This document shows, piece after piece, positions 18,160-24,726 of a stretch of DNA of 41,100 nucleotides; within the stretch, counting starts at the first letter, position 1, and each line of letters begins with the position of its first letter. The position numbers and the translations under genes are program-made. Below the pieces are notes generated by a model. That model did not search any database. It was not told the DNA's origin and worked only from the letters and a program-made list of their open reading frames with translations. This stretch comes from a virus, in the IMG/VR virus record IMGVR_UViG_3300005439_000007, positions 1 to 41,100 of that record; one strand, 5' to 3'.

Positions 18160-18186
18160 TTGAATTATGTTGGCAACTTACGCCAT

Positions 18187-18219
18187 GCTGCCGCCAGGGC
18201 AGCGGCGCGGACGGTTTTT
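18187..18219 (+). terminator. Weak candidate terminator (GCTGCC-gccag-GGCAGC ... TTTTT)
   Basis: 6-bp stem, but the T5 run lies 11 nt downstream, so this is a poor fit to a canonical terminator. Confidence 0.25.
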
Positions 18220-18255
18220 ACACTCCAATGTTTGGCCTCCGCGCCGCCACCCGTT

Positions 18256-18981
18256 TCAGTAGCCGTTGTACGGCAGCTTGGGTTCGCGCTCGGGCTGCGG
18301 CTCGTCGCGCAGAGTGGCTGCGATGGACTCTAGCGCCTCACGGTTCGCCGTAATCGGAAGGTGGGGATCGATCCCGCTGATAATCGCCTCCACGCGCGCG
18401 AGCTTGGCCATCGCCGGCTTCCACATCGTGTCGCGCATCTCCTCCCATTGCTGCTTCCACATGTCGTGATGCTCGATCAGCGATGCGTGGTTTGCCTTCA
18501 GCTCGACGATGCGCAGTTCGGCAGCGCGCCCGGCCTCGGCGAACATGTCGCGCTCCTCACGCAACCGGCGCACCTCGGCGGCGAGCGCTAGCACCTCCGG
18601 TTTGTCGAGAGCGATGGCAGGATCGTTTCGGCAGTGGTCGATCCAGTGCATCGCCCGACCGAGTGGCGTATCCAAGCCGCCGTCAGCTGCAAGCCGGGTT
18701 TCTACCGGTTCCGATGGCGAAGCCTGCTCAGTCGCTTCGGTTTCCTTCGGTTTACCCAGACCGTTGGTCTCCGCGTCCGCTTCCCAGCTCACGAGCTCGT
18801 CCCACGCTGCGTCGATGACTCCGCCCGGCGGCGCGGTGTCTTCGCAGACACCTACCAGCTTTCTCACGAGGGGTTCCCGCTTCTGGAACCATTCGAGTGA
18901 TGACTCTCCGTCGAGTTTTGGTGCATCGGCGGTGCACGGATTTGCTGCTTCCACAACCTCTGGATATGGTTCGCGTTTCAT
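18256..18981 (-). CDS. Hypothetical cargo protein next to the integrase (241 aa)
   Basis: GAGGGG RBS. The N-terminus is acidic and the C-terminal half is coiled-coil-like. It is the last gene of the leftward operon. Confidence 0.6.
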   Translation of the reverse strand: MKREPYPEVVEAANPCTADAPKLDGESSLEWFQKREPLVRKLVGVCEDTAPPGGVIDAAWDELVSWEADAETNGLGKPKETEATEQASPSEPVETRLAADGGLDTPLGRAMHWIDHCRNDPAIALDKPEVLALAAEVRRLREERDMFAEAGRAAELRIVELKANHASLIEHHDMWKQQWEEMRDTMWKPAMAKLARVEAIISGIDPHLPITANREALESIAATLRDEPQPEREPKLPYNGY

Positions 18982-19029
18982 GTCCCCTCTGATTCTCGTG
19001 ACGAATGGTTTTCTGTTAGGCCGTTCAGT

Positions 19030-20166
19030 TCAGCGAGTCGGATTGTTGAGTGATTTCGCTGCAGCGCTGTGCTCATCCAGCGACGTAGTTGCCGCGATTG
19101 CCGTACTTTCTGGTGCATCCGCGGTGCACAGACGCGGGCGCGTGATGCGCGGAAGCTTGTCGACTGCGCCGCGCAACGCCTCGGGCTGCAGGTGCGGCTG
19201 CGAGTACGTGCGCATCTGCATCAGCTCGCTGTTGCCCTGCAGTGCGGCGCGCTCGGCGGCCGACACGCCTTGCAGCGCGAGCGCTGTCGCGTACGTGCCG
19301 CGTAGATCGTTGGCGCTGCGCGGGCCGATGCCGGCGCGCTTGCACGTGCTTCGCACGATGTGGTCGATCGCATCGCGACGGATCACCGGGAAGCCCGTCC
19401 ACTCGCCGCGGTTCTTCTGCTCGACCATCAGCTCGAACAGCTCGTCGGGGATCGGAATCCAGCGCGGGCTTCGGTCGGTCTTCGTGCCTTGGCAAAACAG
19501 CATCTGCCGCGACCAATCGATCTCGGTGATCTTGTTCCACTCGCTGGCGCGGATGCCGAGCGACGGCAGCGCGACGCACACGAACTTGTGGTGCGGCTTG
19601 GCGGCCATGAAGAACCGCCGCAGGTCCTCGGGGCTGAGCGGCTCTTGCGGCTTCGCGCTCGTGTCGCCGAGCTCGGGGAGATCGGGCGCCTTGAGGCCCA
19701 CCGCGCGCATCGCGCGCTGCAGCGCGAACAGCTCGCGCATCACGGTCACCGGCAACCTCTTGGCGGTCGCCTGCGTCGCGTAGTCGACCAGCGCCTGGGT
19801 AGCGTCTTCTGTGGTGAGCGTTCGCAAGTCGTAGTCCGGTTTGAAGTGAGCGAGTAGGTGACGCGCTTCGCGCATGGTGTTGCCGTGCGCGAAGTCGGTC
19901 AGCTGAGCGAGGTTTTGTTGTTTGGTGATCTCGCGGAGCGCGTCGTCGAGCCTTTTCGGCTTGCGCTTCTGATCAAGTCCTCCATTCGTTGCGCGTGCTT
20001 GTTCGACCCAGTAGGCGGCGATGGCGGCGCGCTCGGACTCTTTGCTTCCGTCGTCTCGGATGTGGAGAGCGCGCTGTGGTCGACTGCCGTCTGGGAGCTT
20101 GAGGTGGCAGTACCAGTACCGTCCTCGGGCTGTGACGCGCGAAAAGATCGGGACCTGTCTCCGCAT
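19030..20166 (-). CDS. int: Tyrosine recombinase / phage integrase (378 aa from ATG 20166; GTG 20235 possible)
   Basis: Box I is LGIRASEW, followed by GTKTDRSPRWIPIP. Box II is NDLRGTYATALALQG...GNSELMQMRTY. GAGGAG RBS precedes ATG 20166. Confidence 0.85.
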   Translation of the reverse strand: MRRQVPIFSRVTARGRYWYCHLKLPDGSRPQRALHIRDDGSKESERAAIAAYWVEQARATNGGLDQKRKPKRLDDALREITKQQNLAQLTDFAHGNTMREARHLLAHFKPDYDLRTLTTEDATQALVDYATQATAKRLPVTVMRELFALQRAMRAVGLKAPDLPELGDTSAKPQEPLSPEDLRRFFMAAKPHHKFVCVALPSLGIRASEWNKITEIDWSRQMLFCQGTKTDRSPRWIPIPDELFELMVEQKNRGEWTGFPVIRRDAIDHIVRSTCKRAGIGPRSANDLRGTYATALALQGVSAAERAALQGNSELMQMRTYSQPHLQPEALRGAVDKLPRITRPRLCTADAPESTAIAATTSLDEHSAAAKSLNNPTR

Positions 20167-20354
20167 GATTCGTCTCCTCGGGTTCGGGCTCGACGACGGA
20201 TGTAGGCCCGCCACTGGGCGGGTGTCACCACCCACCCGACGTCCGGCTCACGCCAGCCACCAGCGCGGCGAATCAGCCTCGCCGCGCTGGTGCGACCGAC
20301 CTTCGCAAGCTTCTCGATGTCCTGCGTGCGCAGCCACGTCAGGTCCTCGGTCAC
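19899..20354 (-). CDS. Excisionase-like HTH protein; only the first 60 or so codons look genuine and the 3' end is uncertain
   Basis: GTGA overlap with the SpoU gene stop. HTH-like WLRTQDIEKLAKVGRTSAARLIRR. The ORF has no stop until 19899, which is 267 nt inside int. Confidence 0.5.
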   Translation of the reverse strand: MTEDLTWLRTQDIEKLAKVGRTSAARLIRRAGGWREPDVGWVVTPAQWRAYIRRRARTRGDESCGDRSRSFRASQPEDGTGTATSSSQTAVDHSALSTSETTEAKSPSAPPSPPTGSNKHAQRMEDLIRSASRKGSTTRSARSPNNKTSLS

Positions 20355-20839
20355 AGCACCGCGATCCCGCGTTCGAACAGTGCCTGCGTCGGCGTGCCCT
20401 TCGAGATGCGGTCATACAGAACCACGTTTACAGCGGCTGCTAGGTTCAGACAGAAACGCGACGGGATGCGAACGACGTCGCGGCACCTGTTCATCACGGC
20501 CGGCGAGATCGAGCCGTCCTCTGGACCGAACACGTAGTACGCGCGCTCGGGATGCTTGTAGTGCTCGAGCGGTACCGCGCGGTCGGTGATCTCGACCGCG
20601 ACCGGCGCGCAGTCGTATGGCACGACGTTCAGCACGTTGTCGGGCTCGTCGCCGGTGTTGATCAGCGGCATGTGCCGATACGCCTTCTGCGTGTCGGCGG
20701 CGTGCCGCTGGTAGCGTTGGCCGCTGTAGGCGAGGAATGCCGCGCCGAAGCAGCCGCACGCTCGCAGAGCATTGGCGACGTTCTTCGGATCGCGCGGCAT
20801 CCACAAGCCGACGGCGAAGTATCCGCGGAGCGAGATCAC
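20351..20839 (-). CDS. SpoU/TrmH-family (SPOUT) RNA 2'-O-methyltransferase-like protein (162 aa)
   Basis: Three SPOUT motifs in order: PRDPKNVANALRACGCFGA, YYVFGPEDGSIS and VRIPSRFCLNLAAAVNVVLYD. Confidence 0.7.
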   Translation of the reverse strand: MISLRGYFAVGLWMPRDPKNVANALRACGCFGAAFLAYSGQRYQRHAADTQKAYRHMPLINTGDEPDNVLNVVPYDCAPVAVEITDRAVPLEHYKHPERAYYVFGPEDGSISPAVMNRCRDVVRIPSRFCLNLAAAVNVVLYDRISKGTPTQALFERGIAVL

Positions 20840-20845
20840 GGCGCC

Positions 20846-21106
20846 TCACCACGGCAGGTCGTCATCTGGGTCGACTGGCCACGGGAGCTTGCCTCCGAGG
20901 TGGCTGTATCGTCCCCACTCGATGTGCCTCTCGCGGTAGACGGGGCGCGAGTCGATCCATCGCTGGAGTTCTTCGGCGAATGCGTCATGGCGTAGCTCCG
21001 AGTGGTCCGGCGTCGCCGTCTTCTGCTCGGTTGAGCGCGTCGTTCGGCAGAAACGGATCGTCTTGCATCTCGCCCGTCTCCGGATCGGCGCCGACAGCCT
21101 CAGCAT
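20846..21106 (-). CDS. Hypothetical protein; start unresolved (86-aa ORF overlaps the ATPase 3' end by 122 nt)
   Basis: The C-terminal 45 or so codons are GC3-rich and protein-like (DAFAEELQRWIDSRPVYRERHIEWGRY). There is no ATG, GTG or TTG downstream of the ATPase stop. Confidence 0.4.
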   Translation of the reverse strand: MLRLSAPIRRRARCKTIRFCRTTRSTEQKTATPDHSELRHDAFAEELQRWIDSRPVYRERHIEWGRYSHLGGKLPWPVDPDDDLPW

Positions 21107-22049
21107 CGAGCCTGCGCTGCGCCTCGGCTTGTGCTGCGAGGATCGTCGCCTCGACAGCCTTGCGATGGTTCGCCTGCTGTAGAGTCGGCAAGCGCTCGGT
21201 GTAGTAGTTGAGGTAATCGGTCAGCGCGCTGTGCGGCAGCGACGAGAACGGCACCTCGGCGTACTGCTTCACGGCGTAGCTCTTCGCCGTCTTCGTCGGC
21301 AGCGGGCCAGACTGCGCCGGTTGTGTTGGCCGCGGCTCCGCTTGCTTGATCGAGCCCGTGTCGTGGAACTCGCGCATGGTCGCGCCGATCTTCGCAAGCT
21401 CACCGGGCGCGAACTTGGCGCCGTCCAGCTCGGTGATGCGGGTCTTCGACACGCTCACCTCGTGGTCCAAGTTGATGTCGAGCTGCACCGAGAACTCGTA
21501 CTCGACGCCCTCGCGGAAGATGGGAGCCAGGCCGATCTTACGAGGCACCTGCACCATCTTGCCGTAGCGGTTCTCGCGCTCCTCGAGGACGTAGGCGGTC
21601 TTCGTCCGCACGGTGCAGAGCAGGTGAATGGGGCTCGCGCTGATCGCCGTTAGCAGCCTGTTGTGCGACGGCGTGACGTCTTTCCAAGCCGTGAACGCGT
21701 TGCCGCCGTTCGCCTTCTTGTCGACCGTCTCGAGCGCGCCACCTTCGCCCGACCACACGTGCGTGAGCGAGTCGATGACGAGCACGTCGTATGCCTTCGA
21801 CGCGAAGCACGCATTCATGGCCTGCAGGTACTTCTCGTAGGTGTACGGCGGCGACAGCTCGCACACGTCGAACGCGAGCCCGTTCAGCCCGACGTACAGG
21901 CTCGCGCTTCGGTTCTCGCTGTCGATCACGGCGATGCGGTCGCCGAGCCCGCGGGCGATCTCGAGCGCGGCGCGCGTCTTGCCGCTGCCGCTCGGGCCGG
22001 CGAGCAGCACGCGCGCCTTCGTCTTCTCGCGAGACGCCGCCTTGAACAT
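20985..22049 (-). CDS. AAA_24 / Sak4-like RecA-core ATPase (354 aa)
   Basis: Walker A is LLAGPSGSGKT and Walker B is VLVIDSLTHVW. Start MFKAAS lies 5 nt after the upstream stop. The ORF-track extension to 22223 was rejected. Confidence 0.75.
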   Translation of the reverse strand: MFKAASREKTKARVLLAGPSGSGKTRAALEIARGLGDRIAVIDSENRSASLYVGLNGLAFDVCELSPPYTYEKYLQAMNACFASKAYDVLVIDSLTHVWSGEGGALETVDKKANGGNAFTAWKDVTPSHNRLLTAISASPIHLLCTVRTKTAYVLEERENRYGKMVQVPRKIGLAPIFREGVEYEFSVQLDINLDHEVSVSKTRITELDGAKFAPGELAKIGATMREFHDTGSIKQAEPRPTQPAQSGPLPTKTAKSYAVKQYAEVPFSSLPHSALTDYLNYYTERLPTLQQANHRKAVEATILAAQAEAQRRLDAEAVGADPETGEMQDDPFLPNDALNRAEDGDAGPLGATP

Positions 22050-22054
22050 GGCGC

Positions 22055-22369
22055 TCACGGCTGCACCTCGTTCTTCAGCGGGCCGTGCGCCTTGTCGGCG
22101 ATTCTGCTGGCGTAGTCGTGAGTGAACTCGACGTACTGGTCGTCGTCGGCGTCGCGGTAGCAGCGCGCTGCGCCGGCGGAGATCGCGGCGCGGTATGTCT
22201 TCCACCACGCTTCCTCGTGCCACGCGCGCTTGGCTGAGCGTGCTTCGCGCACGTCATCCACGCGGCAGCTGATGAACTCCTCGATCGTCAGCGGCTCCTC
22301 GCCTGCCTCCTTGAGAATGGAGTTCTGCGTGTCGAGCTCCGCCGCCCACGCCCTGAAAAGCTCTTCCAT
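22055..22369 (-). CDS. Hypothetical protein (104 aa)
   Basis: TGATG junction with the upstream gene, in the frame of listed ORF 22055..22828. Confidence 0.6.
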   Translation of the reverse strand: MEELFRAWAAELDTQNSILKEAGEEPLTIEEFISCRVDDVREARSAKRAWHEEAWWKTYRAAISAGAARCYRDADDDQYVEFTHDYASRIADKAHGPLKNEVQP

Positions 22370-22791
22370 CACGCTGCCTCCGTCTTGCGCGGGCGTGTGG
22401 TGCCGGCGTCGCTGCGCTGCTTGCGCGGTCTCGTCCCGAGAGCTGCGAGAGCTGCACGCGCATCTCGCGCGAGCTTTTCGTGAGCTTCCGCATCCTGCCG
22501 AAGCTTGATCTCGAGAACGTTCCTGAGTGCGCCGCATCGCCGCGGGCTCAGGAGGTCGATCAGTTTCATGATCTCCGTGTACGCTTGCTGCTCGCGTTCT
22601 TCTGCCGTCGACTCTTCCTCTGACATGTCTTCCTCCTCGCCGCTCACGGCGGCATGAAATCCTGCGCTGGTGCACAGCGAGCACTCGATCGGATGCTCGC
22701 CGTGCGCGCACTCGTCGACGCTGGTGGTCTCGTCGTCCCAGCCACGCTCGGTGTCGGCGGGGTCCTGGTAGTCGGCGTGCGCTAAGATCAC
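22369..22791 (-). CDS. Hypothetical acidic protein with Cys/His cluster (140 aa)
   Basis: GTGA overlap start. Contains CAHGEHPIECSLC and an acidic stretch. Confidence 0.6.
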   Translation of the reverse strand: MILAHADYQDPADTERGWDDETTSVDECAHGEHPIECSLCTSAGFHAAVSGEEEDMSEEESTAEEREQQAYTEIMKLIDLLSPRRCGALRNVLEIKLRQDAEAHEKLARDARAALAALGTRPRKQRSDAGTTRPRKTEAA

Positions 22792-23015
22792 AGCTTGCCC
22801 TCCAGCACGAGCCGCAACGTGGCGACAATTCCCTTGGGATCGATCTCTGCTTCCGGCGATGCGAGAATCTGACGAACCTTCTTCAGCGTTCTCGTCTGCT
22901 CCTCGAGCACGAATGCAGCGTCGCGCATGCGAAGAGTGTCGCGTTCGATGATGTGGTTCTGACGCGTAATCTGTGCTGACAGCTCATTGCGCGTCAGCTT
23001 GCGATGCTGCGTCAC
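22788..23015 (-). CDS. Hypothetical protein (75 aa)
   Basis: GTGA overlap start. Helical. Confidence 0.6.
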   Translation of the reverse strand: MTQHRKLTRNELSAQITRQNHIIERDTLRMRDAAFVLEEQTRTLKKVRQILASPEAEIDPKGIVATLRLVLEGKL

Positions 23016-23230
23016 GACGCCCTCCGCTCGCGCGCCAGCTCATCCTCGAGCTGCTCCACCACGCGCTTGCGAACCTTGAGCGCGTGAATCTGCTCGCGAA
23101 TCGCCTGGAACTCGGCGGCGATCTTCTTGCGCTCGTCGCGTGCCCAGAACCGTGCGTGCGTCTCGCGATCGATGATCTCGATCGGTCTGCCGAACTCGTC
23201 TCGCAGTGGCATTTGCTCGTGTGTCAGCAT
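23012..23230 (-). CDS. Hypothetical protein (72 aa from ATG 23230)
   Basis: ATG 23230 is preceded by the conserved AAACATTGGAGAACAC motif (GGAG RBS). The ORF-track start at 23257 lies inside that motif region. Confidence 0.6.
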   Translation of the reverse strand: MLTHEQMPLRDEFGRPIEIIDRETHARFWARDERKKIAAEFQAIREQIHALKVRKRVVEQLEDELARERRAS

Positions 23231-23256
23231 TCGTGTTCTCCAATGTTTGGCCGCCA

Positions 23257-23565
23257 TCAGCGGCAGTCGAATCCAGCGTCATCGAGGCGCAGCGCAGCCT
23301 CGGCGCAGAACGTCTCGCGCAGCGAGAGCAGCACGTGCTCGTCGAGCGTCGAGTCCTCGCACCAGCGCTCCCACAGCCACTCCGGCCAGTCGTGCTGACG
23401 CGCCGGCAGGCCGTGGATGCGGCGCAGGTAGAACGAGCTGCCAGCCTGGTCGAAGGCGACCACGTCGAGCGCCAGCTTCTCAGCCAGCCGCTTCGCCGCG
23501 CGCTCGGCCTGAGCGACCAGCTCCGCACTGCGCGCGTATCCGAGTTCTGTGATTGCGCCGTCCAT
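23257..23565 (-). CDS. Hypothetical protein, first gene of the leftward operon (102 aa)
   Basis: GGTGAGG RBS 7 nt upstream of the ATG. Confidence 0.65.
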   Translation of the reverse strand: MDGAITELGYARSAELVAQAERAAKRLAEKLALDVVAFDQAGSSFYLRRIHGLPARQHDWPEWLWERWCEDSTLDEHVLLSLRETFCAEAALRLDDAGFDCR

Positions 23566-23593
23566 CGTCTTGCCTCACCGTTCGTCGCGAGGG

Positions 23594-23640
23594 GGTCGGG
23601 CCCGGCTCCAATGTTGAACGCGTTGCGTCCGGGTCCGACC
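23594..23640 (-). other. Long hairpin in the leftward leader (12-bp arms, 23-nt loop carrying AACATTGGAG)
   Basis: GGTCGGGCCCGG (23594-23605) pairs with CCGGGTCCGACC (23629-23640), with one non-Watson-Crick position. Confidence 0.45.
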
Positions 23641-23660
23641 AACTCACCTCGTCGACATGT

Positions 23661-23707
23661 GTTGACATTAGTCAACCGCGGCTGAGTCGTCAAGATGAAT
23701 CGTTGAC
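23661..23707 (-). promoter_or_regulatory. Leftward early promoter TTGACG-N17-TAATGT with overlapping GTTGAC/GTCAAC operator-like palindromes
   Basis: On the minus strand the -35 is at 23688-23693 and the -10 at 23665-23670, with a 17-nt spacer. The palindrome GTTGACATTAGTCAAC (23661-23676) covers the -10. GTCAA...TTGAC (23689-23707) covers the -35. Confidence 0.55.
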
Positions 23708-23776
23708 AAAAGTAAACCAGGTCGACGGAGCGGGGCGTTTGTGCTTATCGTTCCGCGCATAAACACGGGGGTTTAC

Positions 23777-24118
23777 GTGCGAACGAACTTGATGACTTGT
23801 CTTCTGACAGCGGCGCTCGTCTCGGGCTGCGCGACCGGATACGGCACCCTGGCGGCGGCGGGCGCGGGCGCGTTTCTCGGCACCGTCGGAACCATCGCCA
23901 GCTCTGCGCGCGGCGAACAGGTAGACGGGACGCTCATCGCCGAAGGTGCGGCGGCGGGCGCGCTATTCGGCGTTGTCGGGGCGGCGGTTGCTGCGGCGAT
24001 CGCGGGGAAAGAATCCCGCCATGAGGAAACCGGCAAGAAGTCCGACGAGGCAAGGATACGCGCGCTCGAAGAGGCGCTCGAGCGCCGTCGTTCCGCCGAC
24101 GCTACTTCGGCTCAGTAG
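23777..24118 (+). CDS. Lipoprotein with glycine-zipper segment (113 aa; ATG 23792 alternative)
   Basis: Signal peptide plus lipobox LTAALVSGC. G/A-rich zipper GAGAFLGTVGTIA...GAAAGALFGVVGAAVAAAIAG. GGGGG lies 8 nt before GTG 23777. Confidence 0.65.
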   Translation: MRTNLMTCLLTAALVSGCATGYGTLAAAGAGAFLGTVGTIASSARGEQVDGTLIAEGAAAGALFGVVGAAVAAAIAGKESRHEETGKKSDEARIRALEEALERRRSADATSAQ

Positions 24119-24127
24119 AGCCGACCC

Positions 24128-24664
24128 TTACGTCGTACGCCGGTGACGAGGCGCGGGCGGGCGCTTCTCGAGCTCGCGGCGGAGGTGTGCGATCTCCGAG
24201 TCCTTCGAGATCAGCGCCTTCTGCATGTCGAGCATCAGCGACCGCATTTCGCGCATCTCCTGATCGACTGTGTGTCGCCAGTCGTCGAGCTCGGCATCGC
24301 GTGCCTTCTTCCTCGCCGCATCCAGCGAGTAGATCTTGACCGCGTTTTTTGCCTCACCCTCGTAGTCGTCGAAAAAGTAGTCGGGGGAGATCTTCAGCTG
24401 GTCGCGCACCTTGCGAACTATGTCGGCGGACAGGCCGGTGTAGCTAGCGTTTTCGTAGTTCACCAGCCTACTTAGGTGGCCTTTATCCATACCAAGTAGC
24501 CGACCTATTTGAGCCTGTGACAAGTCCGTGTCTCGAACAAGCTGCGTCACCAGCCAGGAGAAACGACGGAGCTCCCGTGTGATCTCCTTCACATCGTTCT
24601 GCGGTGCGCCTCGCTCCCGACCATTTCCCATGGACTCATTGTCCACGTTTTCGGGTTGACGCAT
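24128..24664 (-). CDS. XRE-family HTH repressor (CI-like), 178 aa (alternative start 24631)
   Basis: HTH is LSQAQIGRLLGMDKGHLSRLVNYE. It is divergent from a Cro-like gene. The C-terminus is coiled-coil-like and no S24 peptidase motif was seen. The ORF-track extension to 24820 would overlap cro and was rejected. Confidence 0.7.
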   Translation of the reverse strand: MRQPENVDNESMGNGRERGAPQNDVKEITRELRRFSWLVTQLVRDTDLSQAQIGRLLGMDKGHLSRLVNYENASYTGLSADIVRKVRDQLKISPDYFFDDYEGEAKNAVKIYSLDAARKKARDAELDDWRHTVDQEMREMRSLMLDMQKALISKDSEIAHLRRELEKRPPAPRHRRTT

Positions 24665-24673
24665 GGCAGAGAG

Positions 24674-24726
24674 AAGTTGCGTACTAGCAACTTGACAAAT
24701 GACAACGCCACTGTCATCGATAGGGA
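24674..24726. promoter_or_regulatory. Repressor/cro divergent control region with two inverted repeats and a TTGACA -35
   Basis: AAGTTGC-N6-GCAACTT (24674-24693) and ATGACA-N7-TGTCAT (24699-24717). TTGACA at 24692-24697. The -10 elements are weak or unclear on both strands. Confidence 0.45.

Noticed and set aside
20985-22223. The N-terminal 58-codon extension of the ATPase ORF.
   Set aside because: The extension is Arg-rich junk that overlaps the upstream gene. The MFKAAS start lies 5 nt after the upstream stop and immediately precedes Walker A.
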